From NCBI GenBank assembly GCA_964342405.1, contig CAYFGX010000022.1, positions 12,411-76,410 on the forward strand: a DNA stretch of 64,000 nt. The letters are read 5' to 3'. Below the pieces are notes generated by a model, which ran no database searches, was not told where the DNA came from, and worked only from the letters and a program-made list of their open reading frames with translations. Numbering within the stretch: the stretch's first letter is position 1; every line of letters starts with the position of its first letter. Below are positions 28,236 to 40,481 of the stretch, piece after piece. The position numbers and the translations under genes are program-made. This DNA comes from an uncultured Verrucomicrobiota bacterium. GTDB lineage: Bacteria; Verrucomicrobiota; Verrucomicrobiia; Limisphaerales; AAA164-E04.

Positions 28236-31200
28236 ATGATACGCCCATTCAGTTTCAACCCGTTCATCATAAGAGCTCGGCAGCTTCCGGGCCTTTGCCT
28301 GCTCATTCTCTCCGCTTTTCAATCCGAATCGACCGCAGAGATCTCACCGGAGCAGATTGAGTTCTTCGAGTCTAGAATCCGACCGATTCTCGCGCAGGAT
28401 TGCTACGAATGCCACAGCACTGCGACCAAGCAGAAGGGAGGGCTCAATCTCGATCATCGCTCCGCCTGGGAGGCAGGTGGAGACAGCGGTCCCGTCATTG
28501 TTCCCGGAAAGCCAAACGAGAGTCTCCTGATCCAAGCAATTCGTCACGAGGACGAAGATCTTGCGATGCCGAAATCTGGAGCCAAACTTGATGACGCCAT
28601 CGTCAACGACTTCGTGCGCTGGATTCAGATCGGAGCTCCCGACCCGAGAGATCAGCCTCCTTCCCCAGACCAGATTGCTGAGGATCAAGATTGGGCAGCA
28701 GTCCTCGAGCGCAGGAAGAACTGGTGGAGCTTCCAGCCTATCGCCCATACCACGCCACCGCCATCCTCCTGGTCTCATCATCCAGTAGATCAGTTCATCG
28801 AAGCTCAGAGAGACGCTGCCGGGCTGGATCCGAATCCACCAGCTTCCCCTACAGTCCTCGTCAGACGGCTTTACTTCGCTCTCACCGGTCTCCCTCCCTC
28901 AGCAGATCAAGTCGAAGAGTTCCTCACAGCTTACCAACGAAACCCCGACCTTGCCTTTGCCGATCAAGTCGACCAATTACTCGCCAGCCCTCATTTCGGC
29001 GAGCGCTGGGCTCGTCACTGGATGGATTGGATCCGGTATGCCGAATCCCATGGATCGGAAGGGGATCCTAGCATTGGGAACGCTCACGTTTACCGGGACT
29101 ACCTCATCCGAGCCCTCAATAACGATGTTCCCTACGATCAACTGCTAAGGGAACATGTCGCCGGCGATCAATTGGAACGCCCTCGCATCAACACCGAACT
29201 CGGGATCAATGAGTCATTGATTGGCACCGCTCATTGGCGAATGGTTTTCCACGGCTTCGCCCCGACCGACGCGCTCGACGAAAAAGTCCGCTTCACCGAC
29301 GACCAGATCAATGTCTTCTCAAAAGCCTTTCTGGGGCTCACTGTTTCATGTGCGCGATGCCACGACCACAAGTTCGATGCGATAAGCCAGAAAGACTATT
29401 ACGCCTTCTTTGGCATCATGGGTTCCACTCGACCTGGCCGCAAGGCCATCGACCTCCCCGAAACCCTGAATCGACACAAAGAGACGCTCACAAGCCTCAA
29501 ACCAAAACTCCGAGAAACCATTGCAAAAGACTGGCTAAGCTCAATGGATTTACTACGAGAGCGCTTGCTAGAGGCAACTGATCGCACGCAAAACGACAAA
29601 CAGAAAAACTCGTTCCTTTATCCCTTGCACCAAATCAGGAATTCGGACAGAGGCGTAGACACCCTCAAGAACCTGCTCTCTGACTGGAAAGAGGACCAAG
29701 CCGCGTGGGAATCCCATCTCAATCGGGACTACACCCATCGATGGGACTTAGGCACGGAGGAAGACCGAAAAAGGTGGTTCCGCGAAGGAACGGGCCTGGA
29801 TCAAGCTGCGGCGGCTCCCGGTGCTTTCAGTCTTTTTGGAGAAGGCGATCTCGCCCTCTCGGGGATCCATTCCGCCGGCACCTACACTCACCTCCTATCG
29901 AGCAAACACGGAGGCCTCCTAACATCGCCCGACTTCAATCTGGATGATGACTACGAAGTTTGGATGCGCCTCAAAGGAAGCGGTCGCTCCATGTCCCGAT
30001 ATGTAGTCTACAATTACCCTCGCAACGGAACGGTCTACCCCGTTCGTGAGATGCGAGACAATAAGAGATCGTGGCACTGGGAACGTTACAATGTCGACTA
30101 TTGGAATGGAGACGACATTCATCTCGAAGTGGTCACAGGCCCCGATGCACCGCTACTGGTGCGCAACGAGAAACGTTCTTGGTTCGGCATCCAAGAGGCT
30201 GTCGTCGTAAAGAAAGGAACGCCTAGCCCACCGAGCCAGCCGCGCCGGCACCTCGCTCCCGTCTTTGCCGAGCTCGGAGGGAACTCAGGAAAAGAAATCT
30301 TAGCCCAGGCACTCAGCGCCTACACCACGGCTATCGGGACTGCCGTCAAAGCCTGGGAGTCAAACGAAACGACCAACGATCAAGCCGAACTCCTAGACGC
30401 TTGCCTCCAACTAAATCTGCTTCCCAATCAAGTGTCGGAGCTCCATGCCAGCAAGTCACTCTTAAGACAATACCGCCAGCTCGAAAACGAAATCACAACT
30501 CCCACCCGAATCCCTACCGTCGCCGAGTGGAAGGCTGCCGACCAAGCTCTCTTTGATCGAGGCAATCACAAACGCCCACTCGACCGAGTGCCCCGCCGCT
30601 TTTTGGAGGCGATTGACAGCAAGGCCTACCAAACTGAGATGAGCGGCCGGCGCGAACTCGCTGAAGATCTCCTTCGTCCCGACAATCCGTTGACACGCCG
30701 AGTGATCGTCAATCGAGTCTGGCATCATCTCTTCGGCAAAGGAATCGTGGCGACCCCGGACAACCTGGGCCGTCTCGGTTCCCAACCGACCCACCCAAAG
30801 CTTTTGGATCATTTGGCCCACCATTTCTCAGAGAACGCCCGGTGGTCCCTCAAGCGCCTGATCCGGTATCTCGTCACGACGCGAACTTGGAAGATGTCCA
30901 GTGAACCCAGCGAACTCGCCCTCTCACAAGATCCCAGCAATAACCTCTACAGTCACTTCAGTGTCAACCGACTCGAGGCCGAGGCAATCCGAGACTCGAT
31001 TCTGAAAGTCTCTGGTCGATTGAACCCCAACGCATTCGGTAGCCCCGTGAACGGCCGCGAGCCGAGGCGGTCGGTCTACGTCAATGTCATCCGCAACCGA
31101 TTGGATCCGTTTTTGAGCACCTTCGATGCACCAGTGCCCTTCTCTGCTCACGGTCGCCGAAACGTGACGACCGTTCCGGGTCAATCACTGACCATGATGA

Positions 31201-32336
31201 ACAGCGACTTTGTGGTCTCCACAGCCCGTTCGTGGGGAGCAAACCTAGCCCGACAGGCTCGCGAGACCAGCCTCGACGCCACCATCGATCAGGCCTGGCA
31301 AAGTGCCTTCGCTCGCCCACCAAGACCCGAGGAACATGAAGCAACCATTGACTTCATTCAGCAGCAACAATCAGATTATCAGCGCTTCCAGGAAGCACTT
31401 TCTCGTGAAACAAAAGCCTTGGATGAAGCGACCTCAGCCGTGAACTCGCTCATGAGCACCGCGCGCTCACGCATCAAACCAACGGACACAGAACCCAGCG
31501 ACAAGACCCCGTTCTTGAACCCCATCGCAGAATGGCTCTTCGACGAAGACGCCAAAGATTCGGTCGGGGCACTTGATCTGACCCTCCGCGGAAAAGCCAA
31601 GATCGAAGACGGGGCCCTCATTGTGGGCAACGGTGAGTCGATCGCGGTAAGTCAAAAACTGACGACCAATCTTCGTGCAAAGACGATGGAAGTTTGGGTG
31701 CAGCTCGACACGCTTGACCAAGCGGGCGGCGGCGCGATGTCGATCCAGACACCCGGCGGGGGTGAGTTTGATTCGATCGTCTATGCCGAACGCCAAGCGG
31801 GTCGTTGGATGGCGGGTAGCAACTTCTTCGCCCGCACCGAGGATTTCGGGGGACCGCGAGAATCGAGTGCGCACAAGACCCCCGCACATCTGGTCCTCAC
31901 CTACGACGAGAAGGGTTGGATCTCTGCTTACCGAAACGGTGAAAGTTACGGTGATCGCTACAAATCGAATGGACCTCTCGCATTTGCGAGCGGCCAAGCT
32001 GAAGTCGTCTTCGGGATTCGCCACGGCTATGGTGGCGGCGGTCGAATCCTAATGGGCCGCATCCTTGAAGCACGTCTCTACGACCGCGCCCTGACTCCGG
32101 AAGAAGTCGCTGCTGCGGCTCGCAAGGAATCGAATTTTATCTCCCAGCGTGACCTCCTCGCCGCCCTGACCACAGCCGAACGCACGGCGTGGCAGCGAAC
32201 GAGCGAAGAAGTCGAAAAACGCAAGGCCCACGTTGCACGCCTGAGAGAGCTTGCACCCAAGGCTGGGAGCGAAGAGGTTTGGACCGACCTGGCACTCGCC
32301 ATCTTCAACACGAAGGAGTTTATCTATGTCCGCTAA
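28236..32336 (+). CDS. Planctomycete cytochrome c / DUF1549 / DUF1553 protein with LamG insert
   Basis: [49 protein letters not shown] and RLEAEAIRD; LamG-like [12 protein letters not shown]. Confidence 0.9.
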   Translation: MIRPFSFNPFIIRARQLPGLCLLILSAFQSESTAEISPEQIEFFESRIRPILAQDCYECHSTATKQKGGLNLDHRSAWEAGGDSGPVIVPGKPNESLLIQAIRHEDEDLAMPKSGAKLDDAIVNDFVRWIQIGAPDPRDQPPSPDQIAEDQDWAAVLERRKNWWSFQPIAHTTPPPSSWSHHPVDQFIEAQRDAAGLDPNPPASPTVLVRRLYFALTGLPPSADQVEEFLTAYQRNPDLAFADQVDQLLASPHFGERWARHWMDWIRYAESHGSEGDPSIGNAHVYRDYLIRALNNDVPYDQLLREHVAGDQLERPRINTELGINESLIGTAHWRMVFHGFAPTDALDEKVRFTDDQINVFSKAFLGLTVSCARCHDHKFDAISQKDYYAFFGIMGSTRPGRKAIDLPETLNRHKETLTSLKPKLRETIAKDWLSSMDLLRERLLEATDRTQNDKQKNSFLYPLHQIRNSDRGVDTLKNLLSDWKEDQAAWESHLNRDYTHRWDLGTEEDRKRWFREGTGLDQAAAAPGAFSLFGEGDLALSGIHSAGTYTHLLSSKHGGLLTSPDFNLDDDYEVWMRLKGSGRSMSRYVVYNYPRNGTVYPVREMRDNKRSWHWERYNVDYWNGDDIHLEVVTGPDAPLLVRNEKRSWFGIQEAVVVKKGTPSPPSQPRRHLAPVFAELGGNSGKEILAQALSAYTTAIGTAVKAWESNETTNDQAELLDACLQLNLLPNQVSELHASKSLLRQYRQLENEITTPTRIPTVAEWKAADQALFDRGNHKRPLDRVPRRFLEAIDSKAYQTEMSGRRELAEDLLRPDNPLTRRVIVNRVWHHLFGKGIVATPDNLGRLGSQPTHPKLLDHLAHHFSENARWSLKRLIRYLVTTRTWKMSSEPSELALSQDPSNNLYSHFSVNRLEAEAIRDSILKVSGRLNPNAFGSPVNGREPRRSVYVNVIRNRLDPFLSTFDAPVPFSAHGRRNVTTVPGQSLTMMNSDFVVSTARSWGANLARQARETSLDATIDQAWQSAFARPPRPEEHEATIDFIQQQQSDYQRFQEALSRETKALDEATSAVNSLMSTARSRIKPTDTEPSDKTPFLNPIAEWLFDEDAKDSVGALDLTLRGKAKIEDGALIVGNGESIAVSQKLTTNLRAKTMEVWVQLDTLDQAGGGAMSIQTPGGGEFDSIVYAERQAGRWMAGSNFFARTEDFGGPRESSAHKTPAHLVLTYDEKGWISAYRNGESYGDRYKSNGPLAFASGQAEVVFGIRHGYGGGGRILMGRILEARLYDRALTPEEVAAAARKESNFISQRDLLAALTTAERTAWQRTSEEVEKRKAHVARLRELAPKAGSEEVWTDLALAIFNTKEFIYVR

Positions 32337-33756
32337 CTCGTCCTTGATCACTCGCCGTCGGATGCTCGAGAAATGCTCGAGCGGATTTGGGATGTTGGCC
32401 CTCGCCAGCCTCATGAACCAAGGGAAGACTCGCCTGATGGCTGAGACACCACATCGAGCTCTGAAGCAAGCGCAGAAGGCCAAGAGTGTGATTCTTTGCT
32501 ACATGTCGGGCGGCATTTCCCATCTCGACTCCTTCGATCCGAAACCCCGACTTCAACGGGAAGCCGGGCAACCCATGCCGGTTAAGATCGAGCGAACGCA
32601 GTTCAACAACAACGGTAAGATTTTCCCCTGCCCCTTCACATTCAAGCGCCACGGTCAAAGCGGTCTTGAGGTGAGCAGTATTTTTCCACAGCTTGCTGAG
32701 TGTGCTGATGACCTGGCCGTTGTGCGCTCCATGACAACGCCCGTGAATGAACATGCTCAGGGAAACTTCGCCATGCACACCGGTTTCCCTTTCTTAGGAC
32801 ATCCCAGCGCGGGCGCCTGGATTAGCTACGGTCTCGGCTCTGCCAACGAAAACCTCCCGAGCTACGTCACCCTAGAAAGTAGCAATGCCGTACCTCCTCA
32901 CGGCGGCGTTGGACTCTACAGTAGCGGATTCCTCCCAGCCCAACACCAAGCATCCATTCTTCAAGCGGACGGAGACGTTGCGGTTGCGAACATCAAACCA
33001 AGCCAAGCCTTGGACCTCCAAAGGTCTCGACTCAATTTCGTCAACCAAATCGACCAGGGCTTTTCAACCCAGATCAAAAGCCACAACGACGTCGAAGCGG
33101 CTATTCAGAACTACGAGACGGCCTATCGGATGCAATCCTCGATCCCGGAGATCTGCGATGTCAGCGATGAAACCGAAGCCACACGGAAGCTTTACGGATT
33201 AGATGATGACGACCCTCAAAAAGTCGCCTATGGAAGACAAGCGCTCCTCGCCCGTCGATTGGTAGAAAAAGGAGTCCGCTTCATTGAACTCTCCTGCCTT
33301 ACGGAGAGTATCGGTGCCGGCGGCGCCGCCAACCCTTGGGATCAGCACGGAGACCTAGAAAAAGGTCATCGCGCCATGGCCCATCAAGTCGATCAACCGA
33401 TCGCCGGTCTCATCAAAGATCTCAAATCCCGAGGTCTTCTCGATCAAACACTCATTGTCTTCACGGGAGAGTTCGGCCGAACCCCATTCTCACAGGGATC
33501 CAACGGACGCGATCACAATCCCTTTGGCTTCAGTCTCTGGATGGCAGGAGGAGGAATCAAAGGGGGCACGGTCCGAGGTGCTACTGACGACTACGGCTAT
33601 CACGTGGCGGACAAGCCCACCACCATCTACGACCTTTGGGCCACCGTGCTTCATCAACTTGGATTAGATCACGAACTTCTCACCTACCGCTATGCGGGGA
33701 GGGATGTTCGTCTTACCGACGTCCACGGAAATGTTCTCCACGACATTCTATTATAG
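32326..33756 (+). CDS. DUF1501 protein with Tat signal
   Basis: [41 protein letters not shown] and GRDHNP. Confidence 0.92.
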   Translation: MSANSSLITRRRMLEKCSSGFGMLALASLMNQGKTRLMAETPHRALKQAQKAKSVILCYMSGGISHLDSFDPKPRLQREAGQPMPVKIERTQFNNNGKIFPCPFTFKRHGQSGLEVSSIFPQLAECADDLAVVRSMTTPVNEHAQGNFAMHTGFPFLGHPSAGAWISYGLGSANENLPSYVTLESSNAVPPHGGVGLYSSGFLPAQHQASILQADGDVAVANIKPSQALDLQRSRLNFVNQIDQGFSTQIKSHNDVEAAIQNYETAYRMQSSIPEICDVSDETEATRKLYGLDDDDPQKVAYGRQALLARRLVEKGVRFIELSCLTESIGAGGAANPWDQHGDLEKGHRAMAHQVDQPIAGLIKDLKSRGLLDQTLIVFTGEFGRTPFSQGSNGRDHNPFGFSLWMAGGGIKGGTVRGATDDYGYHVADKPTTIYDLWATVLHQLGLDHELLTYRYAGRDVRLTDVHGNVLHDILL

Positions 33757-33898
33757 CCTCTCCACGACGACTGAATGGACAGCGTGATACTCATTGCGAG
33801 AAGGCGCTGTCGCCTTTTGCACCTTGCCTCAGCGAGCGTCACCGAATATAAACCAGCCCGTCGATGAGAACGTCAAATTCGCGCTCATCATCTAAGCC

Positions 33899-34822
33899 GT
33901 GACATCCACCTCAGTAGAGCCCACCCGGTCCCTCCCAATCAAACAAGAGGAGAACTATTCCTTTTCATTGGTAATTCCTTGCTACAACGAGGAGGATGCG
34001 ATCGTCTCGACGGTTGAGCAAATCGAAAGTCTTCTCGAACCGCTACAACCCTTCGAATTGATCATGATCGACGACGGCTCTAAGGACAGAACAGGAAGCC
34101 TATTGGATGATCTGGCAAGTGCTCGAGACTCGCTTCGGATCATTCACCATGAGAAAAACAAAGGATATGGCGCGGCCCTCAAATCTGGCGTCGTAGCGGC
34201 CAAGTCAGACCTCATCGGTATCACGGATGCAGACGGTACCTACCCGACTAAATCTCTCATCGATCTCCTGACGTTTACGGATACCAACGACATGGTCGTC
34301 GGAGCTCGAACGGGGCAGAACGTCGAGTATTCCAAAATACGGAAGATCCCCAAGGTGTTCCTCTCCTCCTACGCTTCATGGATAGCGGGCCAGCGGATCC
34401 CGGACTTAAACTCCGGCATGCGAGTCTTCAAGCGCGAGCTTGCCCTCCGTTACCTTCATATGCTTCCGGACGGATTTAGCTTTACGACAACGATCACCTT
34501 GGCCCACATGATTAACAATCGGCCCGTATATTTTCACCCGATTGACTACAAGCGAAGAATCGGAAAGTCAAAAATTCAGCCCATTCGAGACACGCTTCGC
34601 TTCGTTCAATTGATCGCTAGAATGGGAATGTACTTTGCGCCTCTTCGAGTTCTGGCTCCAATTGTGTTTGTCCTCTCGATTCTCTTCTTCGGATCGTTGA
34701 TTTACGACGTCTTCTATATCAAGAATCTGACCGACAAAACAGTGATGCTCTTGATGTTCACGATGAACACCGCCATCTTCGGTCTCTTGGCGGATATGAT
34801 CGATAAGAGAACCCGGACATGA
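33899..34822 (+). CDS. GT2 polyprenyl-phosphate glycosyltransferase (GtrB/DPM-synthase-like)
   Basis: VIPCYNEE, DDGSKD, NKGYGAA, DADGTY and DLNSGMRVF; two C-terminal TM segments. Confidence 0.9.
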   Translation: MTSTSVEPTRSLPIKQEENYSFSLVIPCYNEEDAIVSTVEQIESLLEPLQPFELIMIDDGSKDRTGSLLDDLASARDSLRIIHHEKNKGYGAALKSGVVAAKSDLIGITDADGTYPTKSLIDLLTFTDTNDMVVGARTGQNVEYSKIRKIPKVFLSSYASWIAGQRIPDLNSGMRVFKRELALRYLHMLPDGFSFTTTITLAHMINNRPVYFHPIDYKRRIGKSKIQPIRDTLRFVQLIARMGMYFAPLRVLAPIVFVLSILFFGSLIYDVFYIKNLTDKTVMLLMFTMNTAIFGLLADMIDKRTRT

Positions 34823-34837
34823 ACCTATCTTGAGATG

Positions 34838-36133
34838 CTAGGATTGGGCACAGTCTCGTTTCTCGCTCGCAGTAATTGATTTGTGTGTAGGAGAATGAAA
34901 CATCGCAACAAATAGCCCAAAGGCACATACCACAAGCATCAGACTACCGTGCGGGACGACTAGCTTTTCCCACAGAGGGGACGATAGAACTGATTCCGGC
35001 AGCCTTCCGCGGGTTTGAAGCCAAGATATGACCGCCCCGCCAGGAACAACAAACGCCAGAGTAGAAGAAACAACTGTAACCGAAGAAAGCTTTGGAATCG
35101 CCTTGCCGCCGGCCATGGCCCAGCTCAGCGGAACAAGCAACAGAATCGCATCATACGTGCGATGATAGATGATGAGTAAACTCAAAATCAGGGGAATGCT
35201 CACACAGACAGCTTCAGGGCAGTCCTGCCAACGTGATAGATAAAGACACCACCAGACCAGGCATAAGGCCAAGACGATCGACGGAGCTGCGATGGAGACC
35301 AGTCTAAGATCTTTAATGAACCCATGTAAGAATACGTGAAGATTCAATAAGTTTGCGCGGGCTTTGTTACTGGAAGTGAAACGCTCACCTCCCTTGACGG
35401 AATTTGTTTCTGATAGGCTCTGCTGCCAGCTAGCCCGAACATCGGAAAACGAGTATCCTGCCGCCGAGAGCCCCCAAGAGCTGACAATCAGTGGGATGAG
35501 ACACACCAGAATTGTCATCGCCAGCGCTTTCCAACGTCCCGTGAAGCCAAGGTATACAACCATGACCAACCCGATCTGCGGTTTGAGGGTAAACGAGAGA
35601 CCAATGAGGAAACCAGCAAGTATCGATCGGTGACGCGTGATGACGGCTATTCCGGCGACTCCGAAGGCAATCGCAGAGACAGACAACTGACCCAGTTGGA
35701 TTCCGGTGTGAATGGGCGCATACAATCCGACTAACAACAGAATCCAACGATTATAGTGCTTTCGATTGGGTCGAGGATTCATCGTGATCAAGCCCCAATA
35801 AAGTAAGCCAATCGCAGCGGTATTCAGCAGAGCGAAAGTAACTTTCGTTTTCTGCCAGTCAAGCCACGTGAACGGCAGCATCGGAATAATCACGCCCGGC
35901 GGATGAAGAAACTGGACAGGCCTAGCGCTGCCCTCACGGCGGATAAAGGCATCTTTGAGCTGTGTCGAGTCATATGGATTCGATCCGTCCCTCCAAGCAC
36001 AGGCAGCTGCGTAAGGCCCTCGCAAATCTGAACTCCCTGAAATCGCGCGGACCGGCCCCCTAATGAGAAACAAAGAGACCACGAAGAAAGACAGCAAATA
36101 CCAGCCAAGTATGGAGACCGACTTCATGGTCAA
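34838..36133 (-). CDS. GT-C membrane glycosyltransferase (GT87/DUF2029-like)
   Basis: DL..YAAA..WRDGSNPYD, FLHPP, GQLS, LKPQIG and YHRTYD; many TM segments. Confidence 0.8.
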   Translation of the reverse strand: MTMKSVSILGWYLLSFFVVSLFLIRGPVRAISGSSDLRGPYAAACAWRDGSNPYDSTQLKDAFIRREGSARPVQFLHPPGVIIPMLPFTWLDWQKTKVTFALLNTAAIGLLYWGLITMNPRPNRKHYNRWILLLVGLYAPIHTGIQLGQLSVSAIAFGVAGIAVITRHRSILAGFLIGLSFTLKPQIGLVMVVYLGFTGRWKALAMTILVCLIPLIVSSWGLSAAGYSFSDVRASWQQSLSETNSVKGGERFTSSNKARANLLNLHVFLHGFIKDLRLVSIAAPSIVLALCLVWWCLYLSRWQDCPEAVCVSIPLILSLLIIYHRTYDAILLLVPLSWAMAGGKAIPKLSSVTVVSSTLAFVVPGGAVISWLQTRGRLPESVLSSPLWEKLVVPHGSLMLVVCAFGLFVAMFHSPTHKSITASEKRDCAQS

Positions 36134-36570
36134 TGAGAAGCCTTCGGATCAGACTGCTCAGCCATCGAGCGCTGTTTGAAGACAAAGGTGGAATACAGCA
36201 AGTACTTCCCGATGAACGATGCAGGTAAAACCACAGCGGTCGCCAAGAGATAGTTGATCGAAGAGACATCAATCAGAATCCAGTAAGAGAGAAACTCGAA
36301 TCCACGAAAGGCCAAACTCGAAGAGACAAACTCAACAAACTGCCGACCGATGGGGCGCTGATTTCCACCGTAGATGAAGTAACGAATAGCAAAGAAATTC
36401 CAAGTAGACACGAGTAATAGAGCCGTCAAGAACGACCACTGTTCCGTCAGATGAAACCATTCGTGGAAGACGAAGGTGACAAAAGTGACAAGCCCCATAC
36501 TCAGACCGCTGAAAAACACCCAGCGCCCGAGAGTCTGGGCATTAGAGGGTGGCCTGGCCATTTCTCCCAT
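36130..36570 (-). CDS. GtrA-like small membrane protein
   Basis: Four TM segments; WNFFAIRYFIY, RQFVEFV and KYLLYSTFVF; sits between GT genes. Confidence 0.75.
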   Translation of the reverse strand: MGEMARPPSNAQTLGRWVFFSGLSMGLVTFVTFVFHEWFHLTEQWSFLTALLLVSTWNFFAIRYFIYGGNQRPIGRQFVEFVSSSLAFRGFEFLSYWILIDVSSINYLLATAVVLPASFIGKYLLYSTFVFKQRSMAEQSDPKASH

Positions 36571-36696
36571 AGACTCTTCGCTCGGACAATTGTCTCTGGA
36601 ATCGCTCTACCTGGCTATTCAAAATTGTGGTTTTAATTCTTTTGTGCTCAGATTGAGGGACCAAGTATCACCAAATGGACCGGACACGTTGAATAT

Positions 36697-37290
36697 ATGG
36701 AACCAGATGCCACAAACCATGAGACTGAGGGCCTACTGTCGCCCGTCATTCGCGACGTGCGGCTGAAGCAGGTGGCTCGACTCATTCCGCCTGATTCGAT
36801 CGTTGCGGATATTGCCTGTGGTACAGGTTATCTAAGCGAATTCCTTGCCCCCAGCTGCCGCTATTTTGGAGTAGATCGAATAGCGCCGCCTGACTCCTCC
36901 CGCTTCGACAGCTTCATCAACGTAGATATGGCGCAAGACGGCTGCGAGGAGAAGATCAACGAGATTCTGCCCGGCCCCGCTGACGTTGTGACAATGGTCG
37001 CGTTTATCGAACATTTAAAGGATCCAGCATCAATTATTCGCTTAACGCGCAAATTCTTGCGAAGGGAAGGTCGGCTGATACTTACAACTCCCCACCCTAT
37101 CGGGCGTTCACTCCATGACAGCCTGGCAAGTATCTATTTGTGTAGTCGAGCAGGAGCGGAAGAACACGAGACTTTTTTCGATCGCAACGATATCGGACAG
37201 ATAGCAGATGAAAGTGGCTTCAAAATGGTCGATTACCGGCGTTTTCTCTTCGGACTCAACCAGCTTGCTGTTTTCGAGCCCATCGAATAA
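36697..37290 (+). CDS. Class I SAM-dependent methyltransferase
   Basis: VADIACGTG, YFGVD, FIEHLKDP and GRLILTTP. Confidence 0.88.
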   Translation: MEPDATNHETEGLLSPVIRDVRLKQVARLIPPDSIVADIACGTGYLSEFLAPSCRYFGVDRIAPPDSSRFDSFINVDMAQDGCEEKINEILPGPADVVTMVAFIEHLKDPASIIRLTRKFLRREGRLILTTPHPIGRSLHDSLASIYLCSRAGAEEHETFFDRNDIGQIADESGFKMVDYRRFLFGLNQLAVFEPIE

Positions 37291-37439
37291 AGCACCCCGG
37301 TCCTGGTGAAAAATGTCTTGGCTGTCGATTAACAGCGACCTACGAATCCTTGCTCGAAGCCGACAAAACGGCGATTCTAGGACGGAGTGAAAGGGATTGT
37401 GACAAGGATTTTAAGATCTTTTCGAGGCGCCGCTTGAGC

Positions 37440-38085
37440 TGATCCGTGCTGGCCTTCGTTTCGCGATTCCGCTCCTTCAGAGTCGTGTGGAGTTAGCTGC
37501 TCAGATCATAGCCCTTGAGAGTCTATCAGACTCGAGTCTAAGGCATCGCGGAAAGCAACAGTGCTTTTCAAATTCCTTCCGTCTTCTGTGGATCAAGTTG
37601 GTATCCTGCTGGGTAGATTGGGAAAGGTTCCGTGACACGATGAAGCGGAAGACGGCGATTGGCTGGAAGCGTCGGGGACTTGGTTTTTACTGGCATAGAA
37701 TTTCGCTAGGAAAGGTTGGACGGAGAAAAGTGTCGATTGAATTGAGACGCCTAATCCGGCGAAAAAGATCGGAGAACCCACTGTGGGGAGCAGCAAAGAT
37801 CCGACATGCTTTGGTCTATCTTGGATTGGAACTATTGGATGTCGGAATGATCCGGAAATACAGGAAGAAGCGGACTTATCCTGAGGATCGTTCAGGAACT
37901 TGAAAAGCGTCCCTCCACAACCAAATGAATGTAGCCTGCGGAGTGGACTTCTGTGTTGTCCGAAGCGTTGGCTTCAAGTCACTGTATGTGTTTCTGATCA
38001 TTGAGCACGGCAGGCGTAGGACTCGGCATCTGGCAGTGACTGAGAGTCCGAGTGCTACTTGATCACGTCATCGTGTGGAATGCGG
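37440..38085 (+). pseudogene. Degraded integrase-core (rve) transposase
   Basis: ELAAQIIAL, GWKRRGLGFYW, ENPLWGAAKI; after a stop, VDFCVV..LYVFLIIEHGRRR..AVTESPS is joined to LDHVIVWN. Confidence 0.8.
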
Positions 38086-38474
38086 GAAGTGGCTAGGAGG
38101 AAAGTGACTTGAGTTTCGACTGACGTTGTTGGAGTGGATCCAAACTAACAAAGGAAAAGCTCCATTCGGGCTGAGCCTAGATTTCTCACCAGGACAACCA
38201 CCGCTCTTTTTGATTCCACGATTCCCTGTAAGGAACTGGATCCCATGTTTTCGATTGTGTCCCGCGACTTCACCAAACTCGTCGATCAACGCCGTCTTGC
38301 GCTTCTTCCCGCACCGCCCAGCATAGCAGATTCGCATCTTTTCAAGATTCTCTTTCTTACTCTTTTTACTCATCGTGGCGGCCATAGGCCACAGTGTCCT
38401 TATTTTTGAGGCAACGGGAACCTTTTCTTTTCTAGGTCCCGCCCCGCTACGGTGTCATTATTAATGAGTCAACA
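38068..38474 (-). mobile_element. Second degraded DDE transposase with candidate end repeats
   Basis: MSKKSKKENL..LIDEFGEVAGHNRKHGIQFL is fused to an AFPLL..SNN fragment. Imperfect 23-bp direct repeats lie at 38394-416 and 38452-474 (GTGTC.TTATT..TGAG.CAAC). Confidence 0.65.
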
Positions 38475-38584
38475 CGGACTAGGCCAAGCCCGACGAACAA
38501 ATCTTGCCCTTAAATCCTTGAGGAAGTAGGTTCGATCGCATCTCTTTGTTGATCGGAATTGTCTGAGTAGCACGCGAACTCGGA

Positions 38585-40264
38585 GTGTTGATGATAGGCA
38601 GGATTCTCAAATTCAAGTCCGAGTTACTTTGTCTGCCGGGGCTCGCCGCAGGTCTCTTGGCGATGATCGGACTCAAGGCTATTCTTAACTCGATTCTACA
38701 AACCTCTACTGCCCTCGCAACCGCTTCTATACCTGGCGCATTCCTTGTCGTACTATGCTGCGGGCATGGAAGCCGGAGGCGACATGGAACAGAGCTGCGA
38801 TTGATGGCGCGAGGCTTGGCGCTCGTGATAGGCATCCACATCTTCTTTTCTTGGATTCCTCGAATCCCAATTGAGTTACAAGGTGAGGGACCGGAATACA
38901 TCGTTTTAATGATCGGCCGATGGCTCGCGCTAGTATCAGTGTTGCTGACCTTTTGGCGACCATCCTTTCTCCTTGTCGTCGCACTTTATCTATACATTGG
39001 AAAGCTTGTTTTGCAGAAAATCTTGATGATTCCTGCCATCACCAAAGTCGACTACATGCTCCTTGTCGATCTAGCCCTGCTGCTAGTTCTCGCTCCAGCA
39101 ATACGAACAGTGATGGTTGCGTTTAGAACCAGGTATCCACGTGTCCTATCCGCTCAGATTCTGGTTGGACCTCGCATACGGTTCAACGCAGCATTGATTA
39201 ACGCCAGCATCGGCTTTTACCTGGGGAACTATTTTTGGGCGGGGATCAAAAAAGCAGCTTTGGGAGGATCGAATCCTTTGGATTGGGTGATTAACAATCA
39301 CACGGCCGTACTCGTAAGCGTATCGCATATCGGAGGTTGGGTGCCATTCGGACAAGTGGCTGATTCTGCCAGGTTAATGTTTGAAGTGCTGGATGCGCTC
39401 GGAGTTGCGTTGAACACGTGCGTGCTGACTGCGCAAATTGGCAGCAGCATATTCATCCTGACTCGGCGTTTAACCGTTCTTGGTATGTTCGTCTATATTG
39501 GGTTTCACACGGGAATCTTTCTGTCTACCGGAATTCTGTTCTCATTCTGGATTCTATTGGCGCTCGTCTTTGTCATTGTTCTCAGAAACAGTAGACTTCG
39601 AGGTTACTTCAGACGAGACCTAGTGTTCCGCTCCCTTGCTCTTGTTACGGCTCCAGTCTGCATCTACCTCATCCCACTCGGATGGTTCGATACTCAGGCA
39701 ATGAATCATTTCTATTTCGAAGCGGAAGACGCAAACGGCGATCGTTACAAAGTTCCAACGAACTACTTTTTATATGGGGCCACTGCGATTCCAAAAGGTC
39801 GCTTCGGAAGGCTGGGCGTTGAGGTTTTTCCAACCGGAGCATTCGGAACCACCTTCGAAAGAGAAGTTCGAGATCACATGCTAAAATTCCAAGGTTTTCC
39901 GGAAGAAACCCCACCACCTCCACGCCTCAAAACGAATAGTTTCCTCGTAAGGTTCGTTCAAAACTATCACGCTATTGTTCTCGAGAATGCGGATGGAGAA
40001 GGCTTGTTTAACTATAATCTTTTCGGGCACCATTTAGTCTCAAACCCAGCCCGGTTCAAAGAATTCCGTCAACTGGATAAACGCTCCATCGAAGCCTACC
40101 ACTACGTTATAGACGCAATTTGGCTTTCTGATTCTACTGCTCTGGAAGGAGTTTTGAAGAGACGAGTAGAAGTAAGGATTCCAGTTTTGGGACAAGCACT
40201 TCATGTGAGCGATCTCTCGCCAAAGGTCTGGACCCCGGCTAGTCCGCCAGCGAACGCAGAATAG
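38585..40264 (+). CDS. Polytopic membrane protein, HTTM-like
   Basis: About 10 TM segments; NYFWAGIKK..DWV and FHTGIFLSTGILF; soluble C-terminal domain. Confidence 0.6.
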   Translation: MLMIGRILKFKSELLCLPGLAAGLLAMIGLKAILNSILQTSTALATASIPGAFLVVLCCGHGSRRRHGTELRLMARGLALVIGIHIFFSWIPRIPIELQGEGPEYIVLMIGRWLALVSVLLTFWRPSFLLVVALYLYIGKLVLQKILMIPAITKVDYMLLVDLALLLVLAPAIRTVMVAFRTRYPRVLSAQILVGPRIRFNAALINASIGFYLGNYFWAGIKKAALGGSNPLDWVINNHTAVLVSVSHIGGWVPFGQVADSARLMFEVLDALGVALNTCVLTAQIGSSIFILTRRLTVLGMFVYIGFHTGIFLSTGILFSFWILLALVFVIVLRNSRLRGYFRRDLVFRSLALVTAPVCIYLIPLGWFDTQAMNHFYFEAEDANGDRYKVPTNYFLYGATAIPKGRFGRLGVEVFPTGAFGTTFEREVRDHMLKFQGFPEETPPPPRLKTNSFLVRFVQNYHAIVLENADGEGLFNYNLFGHHLVSNPARFKEFRQLDKRSIEAYHYVIDAIWLSDSTALEGVLKRRVEVRIPVLGQALHVSDLSPKVWTPASPPANAE

Positions 40265-40481
40265 AAACTGCATCCGGCCAGAATGCAACTCGATGATCAT
40301 ATCGAATGAGCTAAGAATCTCTGCCAGAAACCACGATTTCCGCGCCCGTTGATTGAATGCCCCTCCAAGGGGTTCCAACGGAATCTACACCGGGAACAAG
40401 TGTTTGTGGTTAATCTATCTTTTGCTGGGCTAGGAGTGGCCGGATAGATGGTAGATAAGAAAGAAGAAGAGCCCTCGAACG

